Below the pieces are notes generated by a model. That model had not been told where the DNA came from. It saw nothing but the letters and a program-made list of their open reading frames with translations, and did no database searches. This document shows, piece after piece, positions 39,101 to 49,674 of a stretch of 64,000 bases of DNA. Source of the stretch: a virus (taxonomy: Duplodnaviria > Caudoviricetes); IMG/VR virus record IMGVR_UViG_3300006139_000004, positions 69,492 to 133,491 of that record; one strand, given 5' to 3'. Both the position numbers and the translations under genes were made by a program. How positions within the stretch are numbered: the stretch's first letter is position 1; every line of letters begins with the position of its first letter.

Positions 39101-39609
39101 TTAATCCAATCGTAAATATTCTTTGTACTTACGCTGAATGTACGGTATTTGCCAATCAAATCATCAGATACCGTCCCAATAGTCCATGACGGAACTTCTG
39201 ACATAATAATGCCAAGTATTGAACTTTCAACTGCAAATGGGTTCCAAAAGCAATATGTTCCTTCCTCCAACGTAATATTCTTATTAGTCAGTTCATGTTC
39301 AAGAGAATATGCTTTACATGATTTTATCTTAACAACTCCATTATCTGTTTCTTCTGGATTTCTAAGAATAAACTGACCATAGCCCTGAACGTCAATTACT
39401 CTCATTCCTGTCAAGAGGTCATATTCGTCCAATTTTTCGCCGTTAATCTGTGATGGATATTCAAAAGAAATCTCTGAAATTTCATTGTAACAGAATGTTC
39501 CTTTTGGATTTAGAACATTGCTTAAATAGCCTATCGCAGAATCATCCAAATTCCTCAAGATAAACTTAGGACGTTTTGTGAAATCAATTTTTGAAAAATC
39601 AATAACCAA
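36124..39609 (-). CDS. Baseplate hub/tail spike (Tal-like)
   Basis: SLEHEL, FDFDTYNR, VTALDVYG, coiled coil, GEIGGFTI, beta-rich C-terminus. Confidence 0.75.
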   Translation of the reverse strand: MVIDFSKIDFTKRPKFILRNLDDSAIGYLSNVLNPKGTFCYNEISEISFEYPSQINGEKLDEYDLLTGMRVIDVQGYGQFILRNPEETDNGVVKIKSCKAYSLEHELTNKNITLEEGTYCFWNPFAVESSILGIIMSEVPSWTIGTVSDDLIGKYRTFSVSTKNIYDWIKSDLQEAYGCIFDFDTYNRKINVRSINEIVNTKPVYLSTKNLIKEIEIEENTDELVTALDVYGADGVTIRSVNPMGLNRIFNLDAYMNNKYFSDEIIEKWSRWKSTFESYQQPYYQLIIAQNMQISRYTTEESVLAEMNGELLALETKQSTIHQAIAVDQALQSELNSINSQISSKKTQIAAQENLLKNIQSQIDSYTSQLKSINKRTAFDSFFTSDELKILDRYFRCGSLTDSTFVATSTDAYAVDTKTISGISAIFNLTNLTSMTQAPYGNDMTFYIIRGGSIGASTSNAVLNAQIVNGTLQVNSDRSFVFSLYLNKGTFNGAEFPSGSLAMTGTLSTSVSSSASSLQFKTSSATLYLTQDVTEYQKMSIEWELFEYGFETLEKLSSPDYFFSTSVVNFLALEDYIDFAKELSLGERVYLQMEKGVVTPIVTSIEVDFDDLTDFTIDFGNAYKLNDASFKFEDLLDQSISSASSLDFNKYNYSNFVTSGAKTQVKDFMTSAIDTMKNMIMSGTNNELTIDQTGLRCRKYIQASGDYSPKQLWLAHNAIMFTNDNWNSATIGIGEFVDKNLGSIFGIVAPAIVGTILAGTSLVIESEKQDGGVAVFKVDAEGASLHNASFNLYGSTGGRIDLGAIYGIVGGANKDTLFYYDSKGQPSGVRTVNNRNIKKVTDISSGDSPNANFWLDMDGNAYLKGKLIATSGEIGGFTIASSYLYSGNGSTRVAINGGTSYYSAYAFWAGAENPANAPFWVKKNGDMRANNATIGGKLVSPSLSGTLSASTAAGDSQAWLEGVGIRVGRNSYATKGYNFYVDPNGNVWMQGNLTLANGVITWNNLNSGVQSKFTELDNDITNMSWNIDQRLYNFNQRLDGVDQDINWLSQNMWTQQEIKNIASTQITQDLIASPRIYGAYIQGGTVNGANILFGSYGSMYDGYGSDGVNITDLVMINSYRGMRISASEGLGIDAGGGLWITARVHIKVNGSWVCINDAINK

Positions 39610-39661
39610 ATGTCAGACCTCCTTTCATGATATATGAAAGGGAGGCATTGAGCCTCCCCCT

Positions 39662-42600
39662 TTATGGTTTCAGCGGATTACTGGTTCTTGTCTTGCCACG
39701 TTTAATAAAAGAGTCATTTAATGCAGTAATCGTATGTTGAGAAATATCCCTTGTCAGTTGACGAATTTCAGCCTCATCAAGTTTCTGAACAGTATACACC
39801 TGAATTGGAGCGGTCACTTCAATAGTATCACCGCCAGTTTGAATGATGTTCTGAGCCTGTTGACTATCATGCTTGATTTGTTCTTGCATCCGTGGAGTCA
39901 TAAGGTCTGTTTCTCCTAATGCAACAAGCAATTTGCCAAACTTAGATAGCATTGTATCGTCACGGTTCAAGACCTGATACAGTCGATTTGTGTTATCTTC
40001 TGTTAAGATCGTTTCACCCTTCTCCAACTTAGCAATGACTTCATTACCTTTTAAAGTTGGATCGTCACCCACAACACCACCTTTATGATACACGGCATAT
40101 TTAGACTTATATAATTCTTCGCCATTGATATACCATGTGCCATTCGGCTTACGCTCAATCTTCATACCGGGAAGTGCTTGACGTAACTGCTGTGCCAAGT
40201 TCTGCTGGTCACGCTCAAGAGCATCTAACCCAGCTTGATCATTAGCGGCTTTAAGCCCATGCCACTTAGACGAGTTTTCCTTCATTCGACTGATAATTGT
40301 ACCGGGATTGTACTTGCCGCCAGAGGTATCATACTCTCCACTACCACCAACAATATAATTTGCACCACCATTAGAAGATGAACCCATACTGGCTTCATAG
40401 GCCGCAATCTGCTTTTGTATCTCAAGTATGGCATTAAGGTAACTGCCATATTGATTTACTGCTGCACTTGCGCCCTCCCACGCTTTGGTAATCTCATCAT
40501 TTGTAACTGAGCCATATTCATAGTTCCAGTTAATCAAATCCTGATAAAGCGTGTCCCAATGATTGTTAATGCGGTCAATAGCAAGACGATATACTTTTTC
40601 CTCAGAAGAAATGCTATTTTCAAGAATGTCAATTTCTTTTTGCTTTTCCTTTTCATAAGCATCAGCCATATCATCAAGCATATCGCTGGCGGCATCATAA
40701 GCATGATCACTTTGATAATCAGCAAGGTCATTAATCTTATCAGACAATTCCTCCTGCAACTTGGCTTTCTTAGCTGCTGCCTCACGACTATCATCCAAAT
40801 CCAAAGCGGCAATTTGCTTACGTAAATCGGCAATAGCCTCTTCCTTATCAGTAACCGCCTTAGTATACCCATCTTTTTCTTTCTCCAAATCAAGCGACTT
40901 TTTCTGCAACGAAACAATTTCTTTCATTGCGTCAACTTGATCCTCTAATGCTTTTACTTGATTTTTAACCTCCTGCTTAATCATTTCCTCGACATATTTA
41001 AGCAAGTCATTCAGTGCATCTTCTTGATTCTCAAGTGTTTTCTTTGCAGCTTCATTGGCCTCTTTAATTGCACCACTCACTTGACCAATTCCAGATTTTG
41101 CACTATCAGCCAATGCCCTCATGCGATTAATATTCTCAATGTAAGCATTAGCCTGTGCCGCAGAGATTTGTCCAGCCATTTGCATGGCATGAATCTGAGC
41201 ATACACCAAATCCCACGTAGCACCAGTAACGGTTTCAGTAGCAAAAGCAAGGTTATTCAAAGACTCAATATTTCCGGCCTCTGCCGCAGTACGAATTTGA
41301 GCGACATAAGCAAGTGCTTGTTCAATCGCCATTTGCTCTGTACGGGCAGCAATAACTTTTCGTATACTTTCTTCATTGATAACAAGCATACCATTTTCAT
41401 CTTTGAGATATTGGAGATACTGTACACCCCAAGAAAGGATTTCCTGTAAGGTATCAATAGTAATGAATCCGCTTTCAGCAAACTCATCAGCCGCAGCATG
41501 GAGCGTGTCATACAGCCCTGTAATCTGATCAACTGCTTCGTTTGCATTATCTACGACCTGTTGCCAAGCATTTGCAGAAGTTTCCTTAATCTTTTCAGCA
41601 TAGTCCCACCATAAATCACTGAGTTTACTCACCTCATCAGAGGCATCAGAATATCCCTTTGAACGATAGAACTCTGCTTGTTCATGAATGGCATCCTGCA
41701 TACGCCGATAATATTCAACTGTATCTTGAGTATACTGTACAATGCCCCTGTAATCATGGGTATCAATAGCATTACTCAGCCAGTTACCGGTTAAGGTTAC
41801 AGCGTTCTCAAGTTCGCCAACAATAGTGTCATAGGCATTAACAACAGCATCGGTAATACTATCACTATACTCCCACCATTTCTGCTGCAATTCAATGATT
41901 TCAGACGATGTATCATCAAGCCCTAACTTACGATATTCTTCGGCCTGATTATGGACAGTTTCTTGCATTTGCTTATAAATAGCAACTACTTGACTTGCAT
42001 AATCCATCTGTTGCTTTGAATAAGCATCAAAATCCATAATTTTGTTTATGCCAGTATTGAAGTTTTTATCGTCTAATTCAGGGACAACACGGACAACAAT
42101 CTTATTTTTCTTTTCCATCAAGAACATTTCATGATTGAAATAGTTCAAGACACCATCCATTGTCTTTTTTAATTCGTCAAGAGTATCTTTAAGTTGTTCT
42201 TCTAAATTTTCAGCGGCTTTTGTAGCATCCTTAACTTGACTTGTTGTTGTCTTTGTAGTTTTGCCAGTGTCTATCACAGGCTTATATGTTTTGTTTGGAT
42301 TTACTCTACCATATGCACCGCCATTATAGCCACCAGAGTATGCGGGGATAAGGCCAGTGATAAGTCCACCGCCACGCTTAATCTTTTTGGTTTCTTCAGC
42401 CGTATAAACTGTGTCACCCTTATTTAAATGAGCAATTTCAGGGCCATTTGTACCAACCAAATAAGCACGATCACCAGACTTAACAAGTTCCTCGCCTTCC
42501 TCGCCAACCAAAGCATCTCCATCTGGAGCGTTCTTTGTACCTTTGGCAAAACCAAGCCAACTTAAAATTCCACTTTTACGCTTTACATCTACATTAACTG

Positions 42601-45600
42601 TCACTGTTTTACCAGTTAAATTATTAATTGATGTTTGCAGACTTGAAACTTTTCCCTTTGCTGTATCAGCCGATGTTCCAAGAGCATCTAATGATGCTTG
42701 AGCATTATCCGTTCCTGTACCATCAACTTCCTCAATTCCAGTTTTTAAATCATCAAGTCCTGCCGAAGCTGGGGCGAAATCAAGCGTATCAAGGAAATCT
42801 AATGCTTCATCCAGAGATTGTGCTTGACCTTGTGCATTGACTAATGTAATACTGTCTACTTCACCAAGTTTTCCAATAAGAGTTTCTGCATCATCTTTTG
42901 TAAAGCCTAATTGCTCCATGAGAACAGATAGACTTTCCGTATTAACTTTTACCTCAAGCCCATCACCTGAAGCAAGACCCAAATTCTTTAAGCTATTTGT
43001 CAATGTATCAACATCAGCAGACGCACTCAAGAATGAAATGCCCTCAACACTCTGTAAAGTTGTAAGCAAATCATGAATCTCTTTATCCGTATAACCCAAA
43101 GAAATAAGCTGATCAGTCAACGCAGAAATATTTATCGCAGTTCCTTCAAGTGAATCAGAGGATAACCCAATTTGGTCGATTGCGTCCAACACTTCATCAA
43201 CATTATAAAAGTCAACTTCTCCCCACATAGACAGTGCTTTCAGACAGGCCAAAGCAGCATCTTCAGATATGCCTAACTTTTCAGCAAGAATATCAACAGA
43301 CGTAGAGTCAATATTGAATTCATAAGAACCATCGGCAAACTTTTCAATTTCAGCAATAATATTGCCGTCATCATCAAGCACTTGCCCGTTCTCTGCAATC
43401 TCATTCAGTCTTTCTAAGAACCCAGCACCAGCAGAATCAGCATCTTCAAATATATCAACATTCTTTTGCATGGCTTGATAAATTTCATCAAGGCCATCAC
43501 TCCAACCCCATTCATTCAACTGATCAGAGCCAAACAAGAACTCAGCCGCAGCCCAAAATGTGTTACTGTTGACAGTTCCAGCCTCAAACTGCTCATTCAA
43601 AGCCTTAAATGCTTCTGCATAAGATTTAAAATCCTCATCCTTTTCAGGAACCGACATTGCAGCGTCATAACGAGATTTTGCCTCAGTAACCTTATCAAAA
43701 CTACGTTCCATTCCTTCAAGAGCCTGATTGAGCAACAAAGCATTGTCTGTAATAAGTGCAAATCCGTCTTTGCCTTCTGCTACATTTTGCAGAATATTTG
43801 CAAGGAATTTTGCACTCATACCATCCTGATCAAGAATAGTTTTCAAGCCAGCACTCTCTTGTGCCAATTCCTCAACGTTGTCCGCTGTGATACCATCAAC
43901 TGCTTTTGACATTTCAATGATAGACTTTCTGGTATCAGCAAAATCTTCTGCAACAAACAAATCTGACAACGCAGTACGAATATCATTAGCCTTAGTGGTA
44001 AAACGTTGTGCATCAAGATATGTAAGTAATGCTTCAACCGAAACTCCGTACTTTTCCGCAGCGGCTTCAAGTTCGGCATACATATCAGAAATAGCACCAG
44101 TATCACCAGTAAAGTGCATGGCCTCAGAAGTCCAAATTGCAGTTTCACCAATATCTGCAAGCAACCCTTTAATGTGTTGACCATCAACGTCAAGCCCTTC
44201 AGTATCAAGCCTAAACAAATCTTCATTTGTCCAGCCCTCTCCTGCTTTGTCGATCAATCCATTGATATAATCATATACAGTATCTCGACTTAATAATACA
44301 GCACCATCATCTGTTTGCAGAATAGGACTGAACGCAATCTCAACACCATCAAATTCTTCTGCGCCTCCAAATACTGTCGAGAATGATCCTCGTAACTCGT
44401 CTACTGTAGACCCCCAAGATTCAATAGCATCTTTATATGTTGCAAGATTTTCGTCTGTCCACTCTAATACTTGTCTGTTGTTTGTGTTAATGTTTCCAAA
44501 TATCGTTTGAGACAAATCAACTCCAAGAAGTTTTGATTCATTTACAATCTTATTATATTGATTATAAATTTCTTCGTATTCTTTTAGTTTGTCACCTAAA
44601 AGTTTCTTCTCTAAGTCAGCAGCATCGACTGCATTTTTAATCTCACTTAATGAATCGACATTTGCATTAACAACTAAATCATAAACAAGTTCGATTTTTT
44701 CATCTGACAATCCATCAACATATTCCGCAAAATCTTTTAATTTTTGCTCGGCTAAAATCCAATCTGTATTTTGTACAGCATCAGAATTAAAAAATGCTTT
44801 TTTTATTTCGTCCCGTTTCGTTTTAACTTGAAGTGCTACCTGTTCTTGCTTTTGCATAGCATCAAGATATTTTGCATACTGTTCATTTTCCCTCAAAACA
44901 GCATCAACATATTCTTCAGCAGAACCAATGCTATCGTCAAAACGTGAATCGCCTTCAAGATTTGAAATAATATTTTTTCTGAATTTTTCAAACCCATCTT
45001 GCGTAGTTGGATCATTTGAAATTCTTTCAGCCAACATTAACTGAGAAGCAATGTTCTTGTTTGCTGTTTCAATCTGTTCAATAGCACCACTTAACTCATC
45101 GGAATATTCACTATACAAATTAGCAAGTTCTTCCGCAACAGGATTATCGGCACCAAATTCTTCAATAACATCGTTCATTGCACTTTCGATGAACTTATAA
45201 TCAGCCATTAAGTCATCAAAAGTAGCTTTTGCCGTATCTCCACCAGTTAATTCAACACTTGGCAGGAATATTGTACCTCCACCTTTAGAGCCTGTATTAT
45301 CTATACCTTCATATCCAAGTTCTTTAAGGTAGTCCATAGCTTTACCAGCTTCTTCGCCAATAGCACTAAAGAATTTACTATTCCCACCAAAATAACCAGT
45401 TTTTAAATCCTCAACAACCTGATCTTTAGCAGCGTTCGCACCAGCAACAGAAGCGTTTGTTTCAGTACGTAATGCCTCCATAGTTGCTTCAAGTATGGCG
45501 GTTTTGTAATCTCCATATTTTGCAATCAAACTATCAAGTTTACTTTCTTCCATACCAAGAGCATTTACAAGGGCATCTCTTGCGGCAGAGGCATCTTCAA

Positions 45601-48600
45601 CGGATGCAGTTCCAGCATCTACGGCCTCGCATAAATCTAAATAAGCATTTGCAAGTTCTGCAATATTAGTTGCCTTTTCAGACGCAGCATTACCAGCATC
45701 AATAACTGCTTTTCGTGCTTCCTCCTGTGCTTGTTTCCAGTTCTTGTATGCCACAACTGCAATAGCAATAACAGCCACAACAGCCATAATTGCAGCGGTA
45801 GCGACTGTAGCAGCAGAACCAGTAGCAGTAAGTGCGCTGGTTGCACCCTTTAATGTGGTAATAAAACCACCGCCAGATTCTTTTCCTAAATCCCAAGCTG
45901 CCTTCAAATTGCCGAACATAGATGTAATCTTAGGAATAATACCAAACCCTGTTTGCAAACTATTCCAAATGCTTTGTACCAATCCAACCGTTTTATTGAA
46001 ATTGAATAAAGCAATAACGTCAAGCAAAATTAACAGGGAATTACCCATTCCACCAAGAGAATTGATAACATTGTCAATAGTATGAACAAATGTAGTTCCA
46101 AAATCAATAATTGCGCCAACCAAATCATCACTAATAATCGTGCTTGACAATGACTCAAAAGATGCTTTAAATTGATTAATCTTAGCTTCCAAACTACCAA
46201 GCCATATTTCTTGTTCCTTCATGGCAGAACCAGCAGAATTTTCAGAAGCCTCAAGTGCTGCTTTTAAATCTTCCAAATTAGTTAATGTAGCAGCAAGAGC
46301 ATTGCCCTGTCTTTTACCAGCGACCAACTCAAGCAATGCGGCCTGATCAATGTCGGACATTTTCTCCCAAACTTCACCAATTCCAAGGATAATATCATAT
46401 GTACTCTTGAACGTCTTTTCATCTTTCATAATGTCAAAGCCGCCAAGCCCATCAACATTTGTCAGTCCCTTAATAGCATCACGTAAAGATGCTGTGCTTT
46501 CAGCCATATATTCAGTTTCAAGCCCAGCTTCCTCAAGTTCGGTCTTTGCACCACGAATACGCATGGTAACTGTTTTCCACATTGTACCAACCGTATCAGG
46601 GTCTTGGATAACATTATTAGCGGCAACTACCAGAGCGATTGATTCATCAATAGTATTGTTAGCAGCAGCAAAAGAAGCAGCCGAACGCTGGAGTGCATCA
46701 CCTATGCCACCTGATGAAATAGCAAATTTATTACCAACTTCATTAAACTTATCAACAATATTAATAGCATCTCCAGCCTCAAGTCCAAAACCTTTCATTG
46801 TAGAAATCAGGCTTGTAGTTGCTTGATCAATATTATCAATGTCATCACCAACATTAGCATAAATTGTAGCCACTCGCCCAAGTTCTTCCGATTCATCTAA
46901 AGAATACCCAAGACGTGAAAATGCTGATGTTGCATTTACTAAATCTGTAACCGTACTTCCCAATTCAACAGCATTACTTTTAGCATTTTTGAGAAAAGTA
47001 TTAAATTGGTTTTCTGTTCCATCAGTAACTTTTCTCAATTCAACCATTGCTGTATTAAGAGCAATTACATTAGTTACCATCTGCTTGATAGAATCAATAA
47101 CTTGATAAATTACACGGCTTGCACTAAAAAATGCAGAAAAATTCTGAAATGCTTGCTTAATCTGATCTCCAAACGATTTGCAATGAACTCCCGCTTGAAC
47201 AACTTTTGAATTAAATGTATCAAATTCAGAATTGAATTTCTTTAATTCAACAGGAGTAGAAATATTTGCAGCGGCAGCTTGTAATTGTTCTAATTCACGT
47301 ACAAGGTCTGGTCTTGATTTAATTGCGCTATATGTAGCGGCATAATCGGAAACTTTTGACCGAGCCTTTTCAATATCGCCAGTAAACTTTTGAATTGACG
47401 CTGTATCCTTAAATACATTAGAACTTTTTGACAAGTTATTGAATTCATCTTGCAATTTTCTAACTTCTTGTGTAAGCCTTTGAACATCTTCACCGTTAGA
47501 AGGATCGAGGTCTTGCAATTCAGATTTAAGTTGTTTTGCTCTGCTGCTTAATTCATCAAACATCTTTGAAAGTTCAGTAATTCCAGAACCAGCAATACCA
47601 GAAGTATCAATGTTCAATTTCATGGTTCCTGCTTTTTCTGAAATCGAATCAAGAATATCAACTTTTTTGCTAATCACGGACTGTTCTGCCCGATATTCAG
47701 AAACCGCACGTTTTGCGGCATTAACTTTTTCTGTAACTGCTTCCCATTCAGTAGCTAACTTACCACCAACAGCATTGCGATCTACATTTTGTAAAACAGT
47801 ATCAAGTTCCTGAATGGCTTTTTTTAATTTCTCAGCACCAGCACTATCGCCAATCGTAGAATACGTAGCTTTGAGATTTTTCACATACGTATCCATATCT
47901 TGCATTTGCTTTTTAATTCCAGAATCTATAGCTAATGCACTTTCAGACTGTTTTAATGCTTGATATTCAACCTCTAATTGTCCAACAACTCTCTTGAGTT
48001 CATTATAATACTGCAATTTTTGTGGATTACTCGTTGCATTATTGAAATTCTCCTGAGACTGTTCTAATTGCTTAAAAAGTGTTTTTACAGAATCAGTTTG
48101 ATTTTTTAACACATTAAACTTGCTCTGGATATTTTGAATATCAAAATCAAGTTTTGTGTCTTCATTCATCTTCTTAATTGCGGTATTATATTCGTCAATC
48201 TCCTTTTTGACAGAACGCAAACTTTCTTTCGCAGCCTTAAAATCATTTGCATCAATAGCAGACTTAAAAGAATTTTGTGTTGCACCTTTTAAAGTAAGTC
48301 CAACATCAGAAGCCGCTTGCTTATACTTCTCCATCTGTTGAACAAGTTCTTTTTGCATAGAGGCCATTTTCTGCTGTTGAGTAATTACTTTAGAAACGCT
48401 TTTAGGATCAACTTCAATTCCGATTTTTGCCGTTTCCTGATTAATTTCCTTAACAAGAGATGCAACGCCTTTTTCAACCTGAGACTTTTCTATTGCGGCT
48501 TTCAGAATAAGTTGTTTTGTCCCAAAACCATTCAAAATTGTACTTAAATCAGCACTAATTTGTGATGTAGTCTCTGATATATTTAGACCAAGTACAATCT

Positions 48601-48616
48601 GACCATCAGCAGCCAT
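39662..48616 (-). CDS. Tape measure protein (~2984 aa)
   Basis: Very long helical ORF; ELRKVT, DKFNEVGN, AGKRQ core; hydrophobic mid segment. Confidence 0.92.
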   Translation of the reverse strand: MAADGQIVLGLNISETTSQISADLSTILNGFGTKQLILKAAIEKSQVEKGVASLVKEINQETAKIGIEVDPKSVSKVITQQQKMASMQKELVQQMEKYKQAASDVGLTLKGATQNSFKSAIDANDFKAAKESLRSVKKEIDEYNTAIKKMNEDTKLDFDIQNIQSKFNVLKNQTDSVKTLFKQLEQSQENFNNATSNPQKLQYYNELKRVVGQLEVEYQALKQSESALAIDSGIKKQMQDMDTYVKNLKATYSTIGDSAGAEKLKKAIQELDTVLQNVDRNAVGGKLATEWEAVTEKVNAAKRAVSEYRAEQSVISKKVDILDSISEKAGTMKLNIDTSGIAGSGITELSKMFDELSSRAKQLKSELQDLDPSNGEDVQRLTQEVRKLQDEFNNLSKSSNVFKDTASIQKFTGDIEKARSKVSDYAATYSAIKSRPDLVRELEQLQAAAANISTPVELKKFNSEFDTFNSKVVQAGVHCKSFGDQIKQAFQNFSAFFSASRVIYQVIDSIKQMVTNVIALNTAMVELRKVTDGTENQFNTFLKNAKSNAVELGSTVTDLVNATSAFSRLGYSLDESEELGRVATIYANVGDDIDNIDQATTSLISTMKGFGLEAGDAINIVDKFNEVGNKFAISSGGIGDALQRSAASFAAANNTIDESIALVVAANNVIQDPDTVGTMWKTVTMRIRGAKTELEEAGLETEYMAESTASLRDAIKGLTNVDGLGGFDIMKDEKTFKSTYDIILGIGEVWEKMSDIDQAALLELVAGKRQGNALAATLTNLEDLKAALEASENSAGSAMKEQEIWLGSLEAKINQFKASFESLSSTIISDDLVGAIIDFGTTFVHTIDNVINSLGGMGNSLLILLDVIALFNFNKTVGLVQSIWNSLQTGFGIIPKITSMFGNLKAAWDLGKESGGGFITTLKGATSALTATGSAATVATAAIMAVVAVIAIAVVAYKNWKQAQEEARKAVIDAGNAASEKATNIAELANAYLDLCEAVDAGTASVEDASAARDALVNALGMEESKLDSLIAKYGDYKTAILEATMEALRTETNASVAGANAAKDQVVEDLKTGYFGGNSKFFSAIGEEAGKAMDYLKELGYEGIDNTGSKGGGTIFLPSVELTGGDTAKATFDDLMADYKFIESAMNDVIEEFGADNPVAEELANLYSEYSDELSGAIEQIETANKNIASQLMLAERISNDPTTQDGFEKFRKNIISNLEGDSRFDDSIGSAEEYVDAVLRENEQYAKYLDAMQKQEQVALQVKTKRDEIKKAFFNSDAVQNTDWILAEQKLKDFAEYVDGLSDEKIELVYDLVVNANVDSLSEIKNAVDAADLEKKLLGDKLKEYEEIYNQYNKIVNESKLLGVDLSQTIFGNINTNNRQVLEWTDENLATYKDAIESWGSTVDELRGSFSTVFGGAEEFDGVEIAFSPILQTDDGAVLLSRDTVYDYINGLIDKAGEGWTNEDLFRLDTEGLDVDGQHIKGLLADIGETAIWTSEAMHFTGDTGAISDMYAELEAAAEKYGVSVEALLTYLDAQRFTTKANDIRTALSDLFVAEDFADTRKSIIEMSKAVDGITADNVEELAQESAGLKTILDQDGMSAKFLANILQNVAEGKDGFALITDNALLLNQALEGMERSFDKVTEAKSRYDAAMSVPEKDEDFKSYAEAFKALNEQFEAGTVNSNTFWAAAEFLFGSDQLNEWGWSDGLDEIYQAMQKNVDIFEDADSAGAGFLERLNEIAENGQVLDDDGNIIAEIEKFADGSYEFNIDSTSVDILAEKLGISEDAALACLKALSMWGEVDFYNVDEVLDAIDQIGLSSDSLEGTAINISALTDQLISLGYTDKEIHDLLTTLQSVEGISFLSASADVDTLTNSLKNLGLASGDGLEVKVNTESLSVLMEQLGFTKDDAETLIGKLGEVDSITLVNAQGQAQSLDEALDFLDTLDFAPASAGLDDLKTGIEEVDGTGTDNAQASLDALGTSADTAKGKVSSLQTSINNLTGKTVTVNVDVKRKSGILSWLGFAKGTKNAPDGDALVGEEGEELVKSGDRAYLVGTNGPEIAHLNKGDTVYTAEETKKIKRGGGLITGLIPAYSGGYNGGAYGRVNPNKTYKPVIDTGKTTKTTTSQVKDATKAAENLEEQLKDTLDELKKTMDGVLNYFNHEMFLMEKKNKIVVRVVPELDDKNFNTGINKIMDFDAYSKQQMDYASQVVAIYKQMQETVHNQAEEYRKLGLDDTSSEIIELQQKWWEYSDSITDAVVNAYDTIVGELENAVTLTGNWLSNAIDTHDYRGIVQYTQDTVEYYRRMQDAIHEQAEFYRSKGYSDASDEVSKLSDLWWDYAEKIKETSANAWQQVVDNANEAVDQITGLYDTLHAAADEFAESGFITIDTLQEILSWGVQYLQYLKDENGMLVINEESIRKVIAARTEQMAIEQALAYVAQIRTAAEAGNIESLNNLAFATETVTGATWDLVYAQIHAMQMAGQISAAQANAYIENINRMRALADSAKSGIGQVSGAIKEANEAAKKTLENQEDALNDLLKYVEEMIKQEVKNQVKALEDQVDAMKEIVSLQKKSLDLEKEKDGYTKAVTDKEEAIADLRKQIAALDLDDSREAAAKKAKLQEELSDKINDLADYQSDHAYDAASDMLDDMADAYEKEKQKEIDILENSISSEEKVYRLAIDRINNHWDTLYQDLINWNYEYGSVTNDEITKAWEGASAAVNQYGSYLNAILEIQKQIAAYEASMGSSSNGGANYIVGGSGEYDTSGGKYNPGTIISRMKENSSKWHGLKAANDQAGLDALERDQQNLAQQLRQALPGMKIERKPNGTWYINGEELYKSKYAVYHKGGVVGDDPTLKGNEVIAKLEKGETILTEDNTNRLYQVLNRDDTMLSKFGKLLVALGETDLMTPRMQEQIKHDSQQAQNIIQTGGDTIEVTAPIQVYTVQKLDEAEIRQLTRDISQHTITALNDSFIKRGKTRTSNPLKP

Positions 48617-48690
48617 ATATTTCACCTCCATACCATATAAATAAGCCCTCGCCATTTCTGACGAGGGCTGTTAATTGCTATTGTTTTATC

Positions 48691-49155
48691 TTATCCATAA
48701 TACATAAGCGGACGAATAACCGCTATTTCAATCCCAAGATCATTTTTTGAGTTGAACTCTTGTATTCCTTCTTCTACAAATCTCTCTGCTACACGATAGC
48801 CAAAATTCGGTATATTCTTGAACCAAACTGGCTTTTTTACTGTATAACCATCATTCAACAGCCAAAAAACATTTGCATTTGACTGGTTCCATTTATTAAA
48901 AATAGATGGGCGAATTGCATTTTGAACTTTTAATGTGCAAGATAATCTCATACCATCAACTTTAATATCAGCAATATCAGCAGTTGATAAACAACTACCC
49001 ATACTACCACGATTTATTCTTGACTGGATACAATCTCGCAATAGGTTTGCAGCCCGAACAAGTTCTTGTGCATATGTTAGTCCCGAAGGTGCTTTAATCT
49101 TTGTGAGATCGAGGCCAGCAACTATCTTATCTAAAGACATAGAACACCTCCACAT
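48691..49155 (-). CDS. Hypothetical tail-region protein
   Basis: Operon ORF; true start probably at MSLDK. Confidence 0.55.
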   Translation of the reverse strand: MWRCSMSLDKIVAGLDLTKIKAPSGLTYAQELVRAANLLRDCIQSRINRGSMGSCLSTADIADIKVDGMRLSCTLKVQNAIRPSIFNKWNQSNANVFWLLNDGYTVKKPVWFKNIPNFGYRVAERFVEEGIQEFNSKNDLGIEIAVIRPLMYYG

Positions 49156-49197
49156 AAGAAAAGAGCAACCGCCAAAGACGATTGCTCTTAATAAAAT

Positions 49198-49605
49198 TTA
49201 TTTTTTTGTCAATGTCACAATTAATCCAGTTGTTACCTCAAAAAATATTTTTCCGTTATTATATTCTACAAGTTCAAAATTTATCGAATTATCTGGATCA
49301 ACAACTTCAACATAGCCATCTTGTACTGTATAAGAGCAACTTGTTTCAATCGTTCCTCCCTGAAAATCTGGCTTAATTATTTTTAGATTTCCAGATTTAG
49401 TGAATATCAAAGAATATTTGTTAAACTCATAGGTTGTTTCCCCGTATATATCACCAATCTCATCCGTACTTATAATATTTTCTCCATCACTATACTCCGA
49501 AACTACCCATGTGCCAACAATGTTATCTTCATCATTTCCACTACAACCAGCAAACGAGAAACATACAAAAACCACAAATATCGCAGATAAAATTCTTTTG
49601 AACAT
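49198..49605 (-). CDS. Lipoprotein moron
   Basis: MFKR + hydrophobic stretch + FAGC lipobox; AT-rich; own promoter; hairpin at 49161-49189. Confidence 0.8.
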   Translation of the reverse strand: MFKRILSAIFVVFVCFSFAGCSGNDEDNIVGTWVVSEYSDGENIISTDEIGDIYGETTYEFNKYSLIFTKSGNLKIIKPDFQGGTIETSCSYTVQDGYVEVVDPDNSINFELVEYNNGKIFFEVTTGLIVTLTKK

Positions 49606-49626
49606 AATAAGCACCTCCATGATGCT

Positions 49627-49655
49627 ATTATATCATCAAAAACAAACGAAGTCAA
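49627..49655 (-). promoter_or_regulatory. Sigma-A promoter of the lipoprotein moron
   Basis: - strand TTGACT-17 nt-TATAAT with TG. Confidence 0.75.
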
Positions 49656-49674
49656 TATATGATTGTATTTTTTG

